NCBI GenBank assembly: GCA_964601115.1
Contig: CAZRLX010000002.1
Span: 1 to 43,256 of the forward strand
From: an uncultured Chthoniobacter sp.
Lineage (GTDB): Bacteria > Verrucomicrobiota > Verrucomicrobiia > Chthoniobacterales > Terrimicrobiaceae
Length of the DNA stretch: 43,256 bases
Direction: 5' to 3'
Below, piece by piece: positions 8,550 through 17,040 of the stretch. How positions within the stretch are numbered: the stretch's first letter is position 1; each line of letters begins with the position of its first letter. The position numbers were made by a program, and so were the translations under genes. The notes under the pieces are model-generated. The model searched no databases, was not told the origin of the DNA, and saw only the letters and a program-made list of their open reading frames with translations.

Positions 8550-9338
8550 ATGGGGTTGCCGGTGGTGCTGACGATTGCGGGGTCCGACAATTCGTGCGGG
8601 GCCGGGGCGCAGGCGGATTTGAAGACGATCACGGCACTGGGCGGGTATGGTCAGACAGCGATGACGTGTGTGGTTGCCGAGGTGCCAGGGCGTGTCGAGG
8701 CGATCCAGGCGGTGCGATCGGGACTGGTGGCCGCGCAGGCGAGGTTAAGCTTCGAGGCGTTTCCCGTTGGGGCAGTGAAAACGGGCATGTTGTTCTCCAC
8801 GGCGATTATTTCGGCGGTGGCGGAGATGCTTTCCGAATTCGGACGGGGGGTGCCGTTGGTGGTCGATCCGGTGATGGTCGCATCGAGTGGCGATCCGCTG
8901 TTGAAATCCGGGGCGATTGAGGCCTATCGGAAGCGATTGATCCCGTTTGCCACACTGGTCACGCCGAATTTGGACGAGTTGAGGATTCTTTCAGGCATGC
9001 CGTGCCGCGATCTCGTCGGGATGCTTGAGGCGGGCACGATGCTTGTCGAGCGGCACGGGTGTGCGTTTTTGTTGAAGGGGGGGCATTTGAAAAGCGACAC
9101 GGCCACCGACTTGTTGGTTTCGCCGAGAGGTGTCGAGGAATTCAGTGCTCCATTTCGAAAAGGGATCGATGCCCATGGAACCGGGTGCACTTATTCCGCG
9201 GCGATCGCCACCGGGTTGGCACAGGGGATGGGACTTTCCGAATCCGTCGGGCGGGCCAAGCGGTATATCACGGCTGCGATCAACGGGAGTTTGCGGTGGG
9301 GAGGCACAACCGCGTTGGACCACCGGGTGCGGCCTTGA
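8550..9338 (+). CDS. thiD: hydroxymethylpyrimidine / phosphomethylpyrimidine kinase
   Basis: The sequence reads VVLTIAGSDNSCGAGAQADLKTITALGGYGQTAMT, with the PfkB-type C-terminal motif GTGCTYSAAIATGLA. The start is ATG 8550; ATG 8529 is an alternative. The track start 8484 is TTG. Confidence 0.9.
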   Translation: MGLPVVLTIAGSDNSCGAGAQADLKTITALGGYGQTAMTCVVAEVPGRVEAIQAVRSGLVAAQARLSFEAFPVGAVKTGMLFSTAIISAVAEMLSEFGRGVPLVVDPVMVASSGDPLLKSGAIEAYRKRLIPFATLVTPNLDELRILSGMPCRDLVGMLEAGTMLVERHGCAFLLKGGHLKSDTATDLLVSPRGVEEFSAPFRKGIDAHGTGCTYSAAIATGLAQGMGLSESVGRAKRYITAAINGSLRWGGTTALDHRVRP

Positions 9339-9342
9339 GCGC

Positions 9343-9684
9343 TCAGGGGCGTGGCGGTTTCGCAACAAGCACCGCCCAGCCTGCAATGAGGAGGAGTCCG
9401 CCGATGGGGGTGATGGCTCCCAGCCAGCGGATGTTTGTCACAGCGAGAATGTAGAGGGTTCCTGAAAAGACAATGATGCCGGCGATCCACAGCCAAGTGA
9501 CGAGGGAGCTTTTGCCAGTAGTCCAAAGGCAGGCGATCGCGTGGGTGAGATGGTAGAAAACGGCGGTTTGCCAGATGGTGGTGGTGTCGTTTGCCGAGAG
9601 GATGCCTTTCAGAGTGTGGGCGCCGAAGGCTCCAAGGGCCACTGCGAGAAATCCGAGAACGGCAGGAATGCGAATCGAGGTCAT
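9343..9684 (-). CDS. DUF423 (YgdD-like) small membrane protein
   Basis: 113 aa from ATG 9682-9684, with four TM helices. It shows the family-typical LGAFGAHTLK and TAVFYHLTHA. The track ORF is over-extended to 9852. Confidence 0.75.
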   Translation of the reverse strand: MTSIRIPAVLGFLAVALGAFGAHTLKGILSANDTTTIWQTAVFYHLTHAIACLWTTGKSSLVTWLWIAGIIVFSGTLYILAVTNIRWLGAITPIGGLLLIAGWAVLVAKPPRP

Positions 9685-9730
9685 GGGACGAAAGATGGCA
9701 TTTGAAAAACGCCTCGGCAATTGCGCGTCA

Positions 9731-11065
9731 TCAGAGTGGACGGGCGAATTTGATCCAGAAGAAGTAGAGGGCAAAGGCGGACTGGAGCGCGATTCCTGCG
9801 AGACTCCAGAGGCGCATGGCGGGACTCGGGCGCATGGCGGGTGGGACTTCATCTCCGAAGACCGCGCGGTGATTGAAGAACGAGAGGACCGGCGCGGTCA
9901 CGAAGGAGAGTGTGGTAGCCAGATCGACCAGTGCGGTGAAGCTCGACATGCCCCATGTGAGGATGCCCAGGGAGCCGGCGGCGAGGATGGCGAAGGAGAC
10001 GCGGTAGGCGAGGCCTCCGCCCTCTCTTGGAGATGCGGCGGGGGTGGCTGTTGAGAAGGCGGCGCGGAGTTGGTTTATCAGCGCGGCAAGCACGCGCGGA
10101 AAGGCGTCGATGACGGTGACTGTGGTTGAGAGCATGACGAGAAACGCTGTGCCGCCCACCAGCGGGCGGCACCAGTCGCCGAGGGTGGTGGCGTAGAGGT
10201 CGATGACCTGGGTGGCGAATTTCGCCGCGTTGTTTTCGAAGGGAATCCCGCTGCCGAACATGAGTCCGGTGCCCATGAGAACGAAGGCGAGGGCGAGGAG
10301 AAGGGTCGCGATATAACCGGCATCGAAATCGGCGAGAGCGGCGCGGAGGTTGCCGGAGGCATGCTGTTGTTTTGCCCGGGCGACGGTCCAGAGCGAACTC
10401 CAGACCGAGATGTCGATGGCCGAGGGCATCCAGCCGATCAGGGCGACCATGAAAAGAATCGCCTTCGGGTCGTCGAAAAGACCGGTGGGGAGGAGGGCTG
10501 GGAACGACCACTCGATGCGGTCCAAGGCCAGCACCGTGGCGGCCAGGGTGGAGAGGGTCAGAAGCGGCATGACCAACTTCATGAAGCGGTCGAGCCATTT
10601 ATAACCTCCGATCGAGAGCAGGATGGCCGAGGCGCCGATCAAGACCGCCGACACGGCGAGTGGGGCGTTTTGAGGTTCCACAATCGTGGATAACGCGCCT
10701 TCGAGTCCGAACACCGCGATGGCAACCCCGGCTGTCACGAGAGTGACGACCGAGGTGATGGTGAACATGGTGCCAAGGGTGAGCAGAGAGAAGACAACAA
10801 GCGTCCAGCGGCCTTGGCGGCGGTAGCCGTCCAGCAGCGAGTGTCCGGTCGCGGCGGCGTAGTGCGGGCCGAAGCGGAACGCCGGGAATTTAACAACGTT
10901 TGCCAGCAGCACGATCGCCAGCATCGCGAGGCCGTAGGAGGCTCCGGCGCGGGTGGATTGGACGAGATGGGAGACACCGACCGCCGCACCCGCGAAGAGG
11001 AGGCCCGGACCGAACGCCGCCCAGAACGGGCGCGGGGTTTTTTGCGAGAGGGTTGGCGGGTTCAT
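9731..11065 (-). CDS. NRAMP-superfamily transporter, non-canonical (no DPGN motif)
   Basis: 444 aa with about 11 TM helices. The N-terminal region FGPGLLFAGAAVGVSHLVQSTRAGASYGLAMLAIVLLAN aligns with MntH TM1. The TM6-like segment is LIGWMPSAIDISVWSS. Confidence 0.75.
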   Translation of the reverse strand: MNPPTLSQKTPRPFWAAFGPGLLFAGAAVGVSHLVQSTRAGASYGLAMLAIVLLANVVKFPAFRFGPHYAAATGHSLLDGYRRQGRWTLVVFSLLTLGTMFTITSVVTLVTAGVAIAVFGLEGALSTIVEPQNAPLAVSAVLIGASAILLSIGGYKWLDRFMKLVMPLLTLSTLAATVLALDRIEWSFPALLPTGLFDDPKAILFMVALIGWMPSAIDISVWSSLWTVARAKQQHASGNLRAALADFDAGYIATLLLALAFVLMGTGLMFGSGIPFENNAAKFATQVIDLYATTLGDWCRPLVGGTAFLVMLSTTVTVIDAFPRVLAALINQLRAAFSTATPAASPREGGGLAYRVSFAILAAGSLGILTWGMSSFTALVDLATTLSFVTAPVLSFFNHRAVFGDEVPPAMRPSPAMRLWSLAGIALQSAFALYFFWIKFARPL

Positions 11066-11100
11066 GGCGGTTGGCGACGGGGCATGAGAGCGGATCGGGA

Positions 11101-11123
11101 GGGCTTTTCAAATGCAAAAGCCC
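11101..11123. promoter_or_regulatory. perfect 8-bp inverted repeat (GGGCTTTT-N7-AAAAGCCC) in a divergent promoter region
   Basis: The arms are read directly as 11101-11108 GGGCTTTT and 11116-11123 AAAAGCCC, with spacer CAAATGC. It lies 36 nt upstream of the NRAMP-like ATG and 55 nt upstream of the DUF5069 ATG. It is AT-rich relative to its surroundings. Confidence 0.35.
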
Positions 11124-11177
11124 GGGCCTGCATACTTGTTGCGCTACGATGGATGATCCTGCAGAGTCTGCGCCCTT

Positions 11178-11591
11178 ATGAAATACCCGCGATCGCCCAA
11201 GGAGACTGTTGGTGGAATTGTTTATTTCGGAAGGATGATCGACAAAATCCGGTTGTTGGCCTCCGGAGAGTTGCATCCCGAGTTGCACGCGAACCTCGGG
11301 AAGGGATTCGACGAGCGGATCACGGATTTTCTTGGTGTCGGCTATGAGGCGGTGGCTTCGCGGGTGCGTGAGGGCGGGGGGGACGACGAGATTCTCGAAT
11401 GGTGCTTCCAGCAAGGGGTGAGGCCCACGGAGGAGCAGATCGAGGTTTGGAATGGATTCATGCTCAAGCGGGGCTGGAGGGATGTTCTCTCCGAGACCCT
11501 CGTGCGCCGGAAGAAGGAGAGCGGTTTCACCGATCGCGACGACATTCAGACCATGTTCGAATACATCGACGCCGACGAGGGGCGGCTGTAA
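11178..11591 (+). CDS. DUF5069-like conserved hypothetical protein
   Basis: 137 aa. The N-terminal MKYPRSPKETVGGIVYFGRMIDKIRL pattern matches my memory of the DUF5069 family. Coding potential is clean and the start is ATG. Confidence 0.6.
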   Translation: MKYPRSPKETVGGIVYFGRMIDKIRLLASGELHPELHANLGKGFDERITDFLGVGYEAVASRVREGGGDDEILEWCFQQGVRPTEEQIEVWNGFMLKRGWRDVLSETLVRRKKESGFTDRDDIQTMFEYIDADEGRL

Positions 11592-11635
11592 TCTCAAGGT
11601 GACGCACCGGGGTTCGACCTCGGACGACCACACGC

Positions 11636-13009
11636 ATGGAATTCACCAATCTCACACGCCATCTCGGCATCGGGGCGAACTCGTATCTGCTGAGAATCGG
11701 GGGCAAGAACATCATTCTCGACGCCGGGGCGGACCCGAAAGTCGACGGACTCGGCACAACGCCGGATTTTTCGACGGTGCCGGTCGGCGAGGTCGATGCG
11801 ATTATCATCACTCACGCGCATCAGGACCATATCGGCTCATTGCCAGCGCTAACGCGGCGCGAGCAGCGGTGTCCTGTGTTCATGACCGAGGAGACGAAGC
11901 ACATCGCCGAGATCATGCTCCACAATTCGGTGAACGTGATGACGAGGCAGCGCGAGGAGTTGGGTTTGATGGAGTATCCGCTCTTCACGCACCGCGGGGT
12001 GGATTTGTCCAGGCAGTCGTGGGTCGGGTGCGCGTTGCGGCGTCGGCTGAATTTGCTTGGCGAGCCCAGCGAGGACGACAACGAGGTGACGTTCGAGTTT
12101 TACCATGCGGGTCACATTTTGGGATCGGCGGGGGTATTGATCCGGCATGGCGGGCGCTCGGTTTTTTACACCGGGGATGTGAATTTCGAGGATCAGGCGA
12201 TCATGACCGGGGCGGATTTTCCAAGGGAGGGCGTGGACGTGCTGATCATGGAAACGACGCGCGGCGACTCGTCCACCCCGCTGGCGTTCACGAGGGAAGG
12301 CGAGGAGGAGCGGTTCTGCCGGGCGGTGCGCGGCGTCATGGAGGCCGGCGGGTCGTTGACGATCCCGGTGTTCGCGCTTGGGAAGACCCAGGAGGTGCTG
12401 GCGATCCTGTGGAAGATGAGACTGCGCGGGGAGATCGGGCATGTGCCGATTTATATCGGCGGGCTCAGTGTGAAGATCACGACTGTCTACGACAAGCTCG
12501 CGGGATACTCGCGGAGAAGCCATCCCGAGTTGCAACTGCTTCAGGAGATGGCGCCGTATATTCTCTCCGGGCGGGAAATCGTAACGGCGGTTCCCAAGAA
12601 GCGGAGCATTTATGCGATTTCGAGCGGGATGATGACCGAGCATACGCTTTCCAATATTTTCGCCCGGCGGGTGCTGGGAGATCCGGATCAGAGCATGTTT
12701 TTTGTGGGCTACTCCGATCCTGATTCGCCATCCGCTCGGGTGCGCCGGGCCAAGCCGGGGGACGAGGTGATGCTCGACAAGACGCATCCCGCGATTCCGT
12801 TGCGCTGCCGGGTGGAGGAGTTTCAATTCAGCGCCCACGCCACGCGGGAGACATTGCGGAACTATGCCAAGCTCCTGAATCCCTCCCGGATTGTTCTCGT
12901 TCATGGAGACAAGCCGGCTTTGGAGTGGTTCCAGCTATCGATTTTCAAGGACCTGCCTGGTTCCGAGGTGCTGCTCCCCGAGCCCGGCAGGCGGTATCAG
13001 TTGGGGTAG
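11636..13009 (+). CDS. beta-CASP family metallo-beta-lactamase-fold ribonuclease
   Basis: 457 aa. MBL motifs are ILDAGAD, ITHAHQDHIGSLP, YHAGHILGS and YTGD. Beta-CASP motifs are A (IMETT), B (FSAHA) and C (LVHGD). Confidence 0.85.
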   Translation: MEFTNLTRHLGIGANSYLLRIGGKNIILDAGADPKVDGLGTTPDFSTVPVGEVDAIIITHAHQDHIGSLPALTRREQRCPVFMTEETKHIAEIMLHNSVNVMTRQREELGLMEYPLFTHRGVDLSRQSWVGCALRRRLNLLGEPSEDDNEVTFEFYHAGHILGSAGVLIRHGGRSVFYTGDVNFEDQAIMTGADFPREGVDVLIMETTRGDSSTPLAFTREGEEERFCRAVRGVMEAGGSLTIPVFALGKTQEVLAILWKMRLRGEIGHVPIYIGGLSVKITTVYDKLAGYSRRSHPELQLLQEMAPYILSGREIVTAVPKKRSIYAISSGMMTEHTLSNIFARRVLGDPDQSMFFVGYSDPDSPSARVRRAKPGDEVMLDKTHPAIPLRCRVEEFQFSAHATRETLRNYAKLLNPSRIVLVHGDKPALEWFQLSIFKDLPGSEVLLPEPGRRYQLG

Positions 13010-13023
13010 GGGGAAGAGGATTT

Positions 13024-14406
13024 TTAGAGGCGGTCGAGGAGCTTTTGGTGGATGCCGTCGAATCCGCCATTGCTGAAGACGATGACCACGTCTCCTTCAT
13101 GGACGAGCGGCTTGAGGCGCTCAACGATGTCGTCTGCTGTGTCCTCGTAGAAGGCGGGTTTTCCTGTGGCGGCGATGTCGGCCACAACGCGCTCGGGGTC
13201 GAGGCGATCTTCCGGCGCGAGTTGCTCGAGTCTGGCGACGCGTGAGATCATGACGCCATCCGCCAAGGAAAAGGCGGTCGGGAGTTCATGTTGGAACACA
13301 GCGCGGCGGGTGGTGTTCGAGCGAGGCTCGAAGAGTGCCCAGAGTTTGGCGGGGCCGAATTTTTTGCGAAGGCCGGCGAGGGTTTCGCGGATGGCGGTTG
13401 GGTGGTGGCCGAAGTCGTCGATGATGGTGATGCCACGGACGGTGCCACGGATTTCCTGCCGGCGGCGGATGCCTTGGAAGGAAGCGAGCGCGGCGGCTAT
13501 TTTTTCGTGCGGGACGCCATAGTGGATGGCGGCCGAGGCGGCCATGGCGGCGTTCCGGATATTGAAGTCGCCCGACATGGGGATGGTGAAGCGGGTTCCG
13601 AGGAGATCGAACGAGCATCCTTCCTGCGAGTATGCGACATGTTCGATGCGGTTTTTGCAGGACTCGGAGAAGCCCACATCAAGGACCGGGGCCGGGCAAT
13701 TGCGGGCGACGTCGCGTGCGTTTGCATCGTCACCATTGATGAGGACGAGGCCTTCTGAGGGGACGATGTTCAGGAGTCGGCGGAAGCTTGTTTTGATCTC
13801 GTCGAGGGAGTTGTAGATGTCCGCGTGGTCGAACTCGATGTTGTTGACGATGACGAGTTCGGGGAGGTAGTGGACAAATTTCGAGCGCTTGTCGAAGAAT
13901 GCTGTGTCGTATTCGTCGCCCTCGATGATGAAATGCTTCGCATCGCGGAGGCAGGCTCCCTGGCCGAGGTTCGCCGGGATGCCGCCGATGAGGTATCCCG
14001 GAGCGAGGCCTGCGGATTCGAAAATCCAGGCCAGCATCGATGTTGTGGTCGTTTTGCCGTGGGTGCCTGTGACGACGAGGTTGCTTCTGCCGCGCAGGAC
14101 GAAGTGTTTGAGGGTTTCCGGGAGCGAGAGGTAGAGGAGTTTGCGGTTGAGAACGGACTCCACGGCAGGATTGCCGCGGGACATGGCGTTTCCGATAACA
14201 ATGAGGTCAGCCGCCGGGATGTCCTCCGGGCGGAAGCCTTTTGTGACAGGGATGCCTTTGGCTTCGAGGAAGGTCGACATGGGCGGGTAGACGTTGTCAT
14301 CCTGTCCTGTGACGGTGTAGCCACTGTCACGCATGGCAGCGGCGACGGCACCCATGGCTGTGCCGCAGATGCCGAGAAAGTGGACGTGTCTTGGTGATCC
14401 AATCAT
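13024..14406 (-). CDS. mpl: UDP-N-acetylmuramate:L-alanyl-gamma-D-glutamyl-meso-diaminopimelate ligase (murein peptide ligase)
   Basis: The start is ATG 14404-14406, reading MIGSPRHVHFLGICGTAMGAVAAAM. The Mur-ligase P-loop is VTGTHGKTTTTSM. Length is 460 aa. The track ORF is over-extended to 14511. Confidence 0.88.
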   Translation of the reverse strand: MIGSPRHVHFLGICGTAMGAVAAAMRDSGYTVTGQDDNVYPPMSTFLEAKGIPVTKGFRPEDIPAADLIVIGNAMSRGNPAVESVLNRKLLYLSLPETLKHFVLRGRSNLVVTGTHGKTTTTSMLAWIFESAGLAPGYLIGGIPANLGQGACLRDAKHFIIEGDEYDTAFFDKRSKFVHYLPELVIVNNIEFDHADIYNSLDEIKTSFRRLLNIVPSEGLVLINGDDANARDVARNCPAPVLDVGFSESCKNRIEHVAYSQEGCSFDLLGTRFTIPMSGDFNIRNAAMAASAAIHYGVPHEKIAAALASFQGIRRRQEIRGTVRGITIIDDFGHHPTAIRETLAGLRKKFGPAKLWALFEPRSNTTRRAVFQHELPTAFSLADGVMISRVARLEQLAPEDRLDPERVVADIAATGKPAFYEDTADDIVERLKPLVHEGDVVIVFSNGGFDGIHQKLLDRL

Positions 14407-14534
14407 GGATTTTCGACCGAGGAGTCCTGGTCTTTGCGCGACTGGTCGAAGCGCAGCAACAACACGACTTTGAGCAGCATGACAAGGATGCCCGCACCCA
14501 CGAGAGTCCACTTCAAGCCGGGTCGCCCGGACAT
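14403..14534 (-). CDS. unannotated 43-aa single-pass membrane microprotein
   Basis: My own translation gives MSGRPGLKWTLVGAGILVMLLKVVLLLRFDQSRKDQDSSVENP*. The ATG directly abuts the TAA of the upstream gene (TAAATG). Its TGA overlaps the mpl ATG (ATGA). It fills an otherwise empty 128-nt gap. Confidence 0.5.
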   Translation of the reverse strand: MSGRPGLKWTLVGAGILVMLLKVVLLLRFDQSRKDQDSSVENP

Positions 14535-15680
14535 TTAGTAGACGTCCTTCCGGTAACGTTTTTCCTTTTTGATGGCGTCGATGTATTCCTTCGCCTGCTC
14601 TGGGGTCTTGCCGGCGTGGGTTTCAACGATTGTGTGGAGAGCGGCATCGACATCCTTCGCCATGTTTTTTGCATCGCCGCAGACGTAGAAGTAGGCACCC
14701 TTCTCGAGCCAGTCGTAAATTTCCGCGCCGTGTTCCAGCATGCGGTGCTGGACGTAGATTTTCTCCTGTTGGTCGCGGGAGAAGGCGGTGGTGAACTTCG
14801 TCAACACGCCGCTGGCTTGGGCGGCTTCGAATTCCTCCTTGTAGAAGAAGTCCGAGGCGGATTTTTGCTCACCGAAGAAAATCCAGTTCGGGCCCTTTGC
14901 GCCGGTGGCGGCGCGTTCTTGAAGGAAGGCGCGGAAGGGGGCGATGCCTGTGCCCGGGCCGACCATGATGACCGGTGCGTCGGTGTTTTCAGGGACGCGG
15001 AAATGTTTCGCCGAGTGGACAAAGACGGGAATTCCGGCGCTTGAGCGCTCCGCGAGGAAGGACGAGCAGACACCCTCGCGGCGGCGTGCGCTGTGTTCCA
15101 CGGAGTAGCGGACAACGGCCACGGTGAGATGGACGGATTCGCCCACGGTTTTCTGGGACGAGGCGATGGAGTAGAGTCGTGGCTGGAGTTTGCGCAGCAC
15201 TTTGACGAACTCCTCCGGAGTGAATTTCGCAGCGGTGAACTCCTGAAGCACATCAAGCACATCGCGGCCCCATAGGAAGTTCTCGAGGGAAGCCTTTTCC
15301 TCCGGCAGAAGGAGGTTGGCGAGGAACTCGCCCGAGGCGTCCTTCTCAGATACGGCCTGCAAAAGTTGCTTCGAGGGTTCGCTGATGATGTAGCTTGCAA
15401 GTAGTGCCTGGCGAATGGACGCAGGCGCGCCATCCGCCGTGGTCACGGATTCCTCTCCCGAGAAGCCGAGTTCCTTGAGGAGGAGTTCGACGAGTTCCGG
15501 GTTGTTTGTCGGGAACACCCCGAGGGAATCTCCGACCTCATATTTGAGGCCCGATCCTTGCAGGGTGATTTCGAAATGGCGTGTATCCTTGTTAGACCCT
15601 TCGCCCGTCAGCTTGGTGTTGACGGACATTGCAGCCGGAAAAGGATTCTTTCGCGAGTAGGCGGAATCCGGTGATGACAT
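14535..15680 (-). CDS. CysJ-like FAD/NADPH-binding oxidoreductase (sulfite reductase flavoprotein C-terminal module, no flavodoxin domain)
   Basis: 381 aa from ATG 15678-15680. The FNR-type motifs are RLYSIASS, GPGTGIAPFRAF and YFYVCGDAKNMAKDV. The N-terminus matches the connecting/FAD domain of CysJ/CPR. Confidence 0.85.
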   Translation of the reverse strand: MSSPDSAYSRKNPFPAAMSVNTKLTGEGSNKDTRHFEITLQGSGLKYEVGDSLGVFPTNNPELVELLLKELGFSGEESVTTADGAPASIRQALLASYIISEPSKQLLQAVSEKDASGEFLANLLLPEEKASLENFLWGRDVLDVLQEFTAAKFTPEEFVKVLRKLQPRLYSIASSQKTVGESVHLTVAVVRYSVEHSARRREGVCSSFLAERSSAGIPVFVHSAKHFRVPENTDAPVIMVGPGTGIAPFRAFLQERAATGAKGPNWIFFGEQKSASDFFYKEEFEAAQASGVLTKFTTAFSRDQQEKIYVQHRMLEHGAEIYDWLEKGAYFYVCGDAKNMAKDVDAALHTIVETHAGKTPEQAKEYIDAIKKEKRYRKDVY

Positions 15681-15771
15681 AGGCGGGGGAGTTAAAAAGA
15701 CTGCCGCCCGCACTGCAAGCGCGATATGAAATCAACGCTGGAATTTTCGGGGGGAATAATGGGAAGGGTCG

Positions 15772-16074
15772 TTATTTCGAAACCGGGATGGGGTCGGGGG
15801 TGAGGGCTTTGGAGATGGAAGCAAGGCCTTTGTATTTCTTGCCGGTTTTCTTCACCATGCCACGGGAAACAAGGTTTTGTAGTTTCTCGTAGGCTCGGAG
15901 GCGGAGCATTTCCTCGCCACCGCTGGCGGCATTTCTGGCACGGAGCTGCTCATGCACCATGTCGAACAACTGCTTGAACTCGAAAGAGCTCTTTTTTTTC
16001 AGCACGGCAACCAGTTCCTCAGTGACCAAATCAGGGCCTCGACGGGAGAACGCGCTTTTACGTTGCATAATCAT
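15772..16074 (-). CDS. orphan basic 100-aa hypothetical protein (possible winged-helix-like)
   Basis: It is an ATG-started ORF in a locally lower-GC stretch. The sequence includes EEMLRLRAYEKLQNLVSRGMVKKTGKKYKGL. I recognise no family. Confidence 0.55.
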   Translation of the reverse strand: MIMQRKSAFSRRGPDLVTEELVAVLKKKSSFEFKQLFDMVHEQLRARNAASGGEEMLRLRAYEKLQNLVSRGMVKKTGKKYKGLASISKALTPDPIPVSK

Positions 16075-16219
16075 GAAGCGAAACTCATAGCATGCGCACG
16101 GATTTGTGTCCAGCTTTAGATTTGGAAACTTCCGTGTTGCGTAGGCGAGGAGGGCAAAAATTCTGTCATTTTCTGGTTTACAGTAGGGGCTGATCGGGCA
16201 ATCCTGTCCACCTTTGATT

Positions 16220-16301
16220 GCTCACGTGGCGGAACTGGCAGACGCATACGACTCAGGATCGTATGGGGCAACCCGTGGAGGTTCGAGTCCTCTCGTGAGC
16301 A
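16220..16301 (+). tRNA. tRNA-Leu (anticodon CAG), type II with long variable arm, no encoded CCA
   Basis: I folded the cloverleaf by hand. The acceptor stem is GCTCACG/CGTGAGC with discriminator A. The anticodon stem is TACGA/TCGTA with loop CTCAGGA. The variable arm is TGGGGCAACCCGTG. The T-arm is GGAGG-TTCGAGT-CCTCT. Confidence 0.9.
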
Positions 16302-16320
16302 CGTTTTCCGGGATTTCCCC

Positions 16321-17040
16321 ATGAACGCCCCGCTTCAACAACAAGACCCGAAGTTTGTAAAATCGACGTTTTCGGCGATTGCCACCCGATATGATCTTGC
16401 CAACCATCTGTTGAGCGGCGGGCTTGATTTTCTCTGGCGGTCGCGTGTGGCGCGGCTCGGGGCGAGGCATGGGCCCAAGCGGATATTGGATTTGGCCACG
16501 GGGAGCGGCGATTTGGCGATCGCGCTGAAAAAGGCGTGCCCGGATGCTGCGGTAACGGCCGCTGATTTTTGCCTGCCGATGCTCGCGCAGGCGCGGCGGA
16601 AGGGGGTTCCGGCATTGGTTCAGGCGGACGCGTTGGCCTTGCCCTTTGCCGATGGGTCGTTCGATCTTGTGACGGTGGCCTTCGGGTTGCGGAACATGGC
16701 TGATTGGAAGGCCGCCATTTTGGAAATGAGGCGGGTCTTGGCGGACGGCGGGCAATTGATCGTGTTGGATTTCTCCCTGCCCGAGAATCCGCTCTTTCTG
16801 CCGGTCTACCGCTATTATTTGCACCATGTCCTTCCCGGAATCGCCGGTGCGCTGACGCGGAGCAGGGAGGCCTATCAATATCTCGGGGAATCGATCGAGT
16901 CGTTTCCCAGCGGGCTGAACATGAATGCGTTGATCAGGTCCTGCGGATTCCAGTGCGAACCGCCCAGGGCCATGACATTCGGAATCGTGAGCGTTTACTG
17001 CGGGATGGCTGTGGGCGGTGGAGTCAATCCCCAAAGCTGA
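16321..17040 (+). CDS. menG: demethylmenaquinone / ubiquinone C-methyltransferase
   Basis: 239 aa. It has the UbiE signature FSAIATRYDLANHLLSGGLDFLWR, the SAM motif ILDLATGSGD, and TVAFGLRN..D and YQYLGESIESFP. Confidence 0.9.
   Translation: MNAPLQQQDPKFVKSTFSAIATRYDLANHLLSGGLDFLWRSRVARLGARHGPKRILDLATGSGDLAIALKKACPDAAVTAADFCLPMLAQARRKGVPALVQADALALPFADGSFDLVTVAFGLRNMADWKAAILEMRRVLADGGQLIVLDFSLPENPLFLPVYRYYLHHVLPGIAGALTRSREAYQYLGESIESFPSGLNMNALIRSCGFQCEPPRAMTFGIVSVYCGMAVGGGVNPQS

Noticed and set aside
15985-16000. Homopolymeric T/A runs of 8-9 nt (also near 22775, 30995 and 39765) as potential slippage or phase-variation sites
   Set aside because: Each run lies in frame within a coding sequence as Lys-Lys (AAA AAG/AAA) codons. 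None is accompanied by an alternative downstream frame, so these are compositional, not regulatory.
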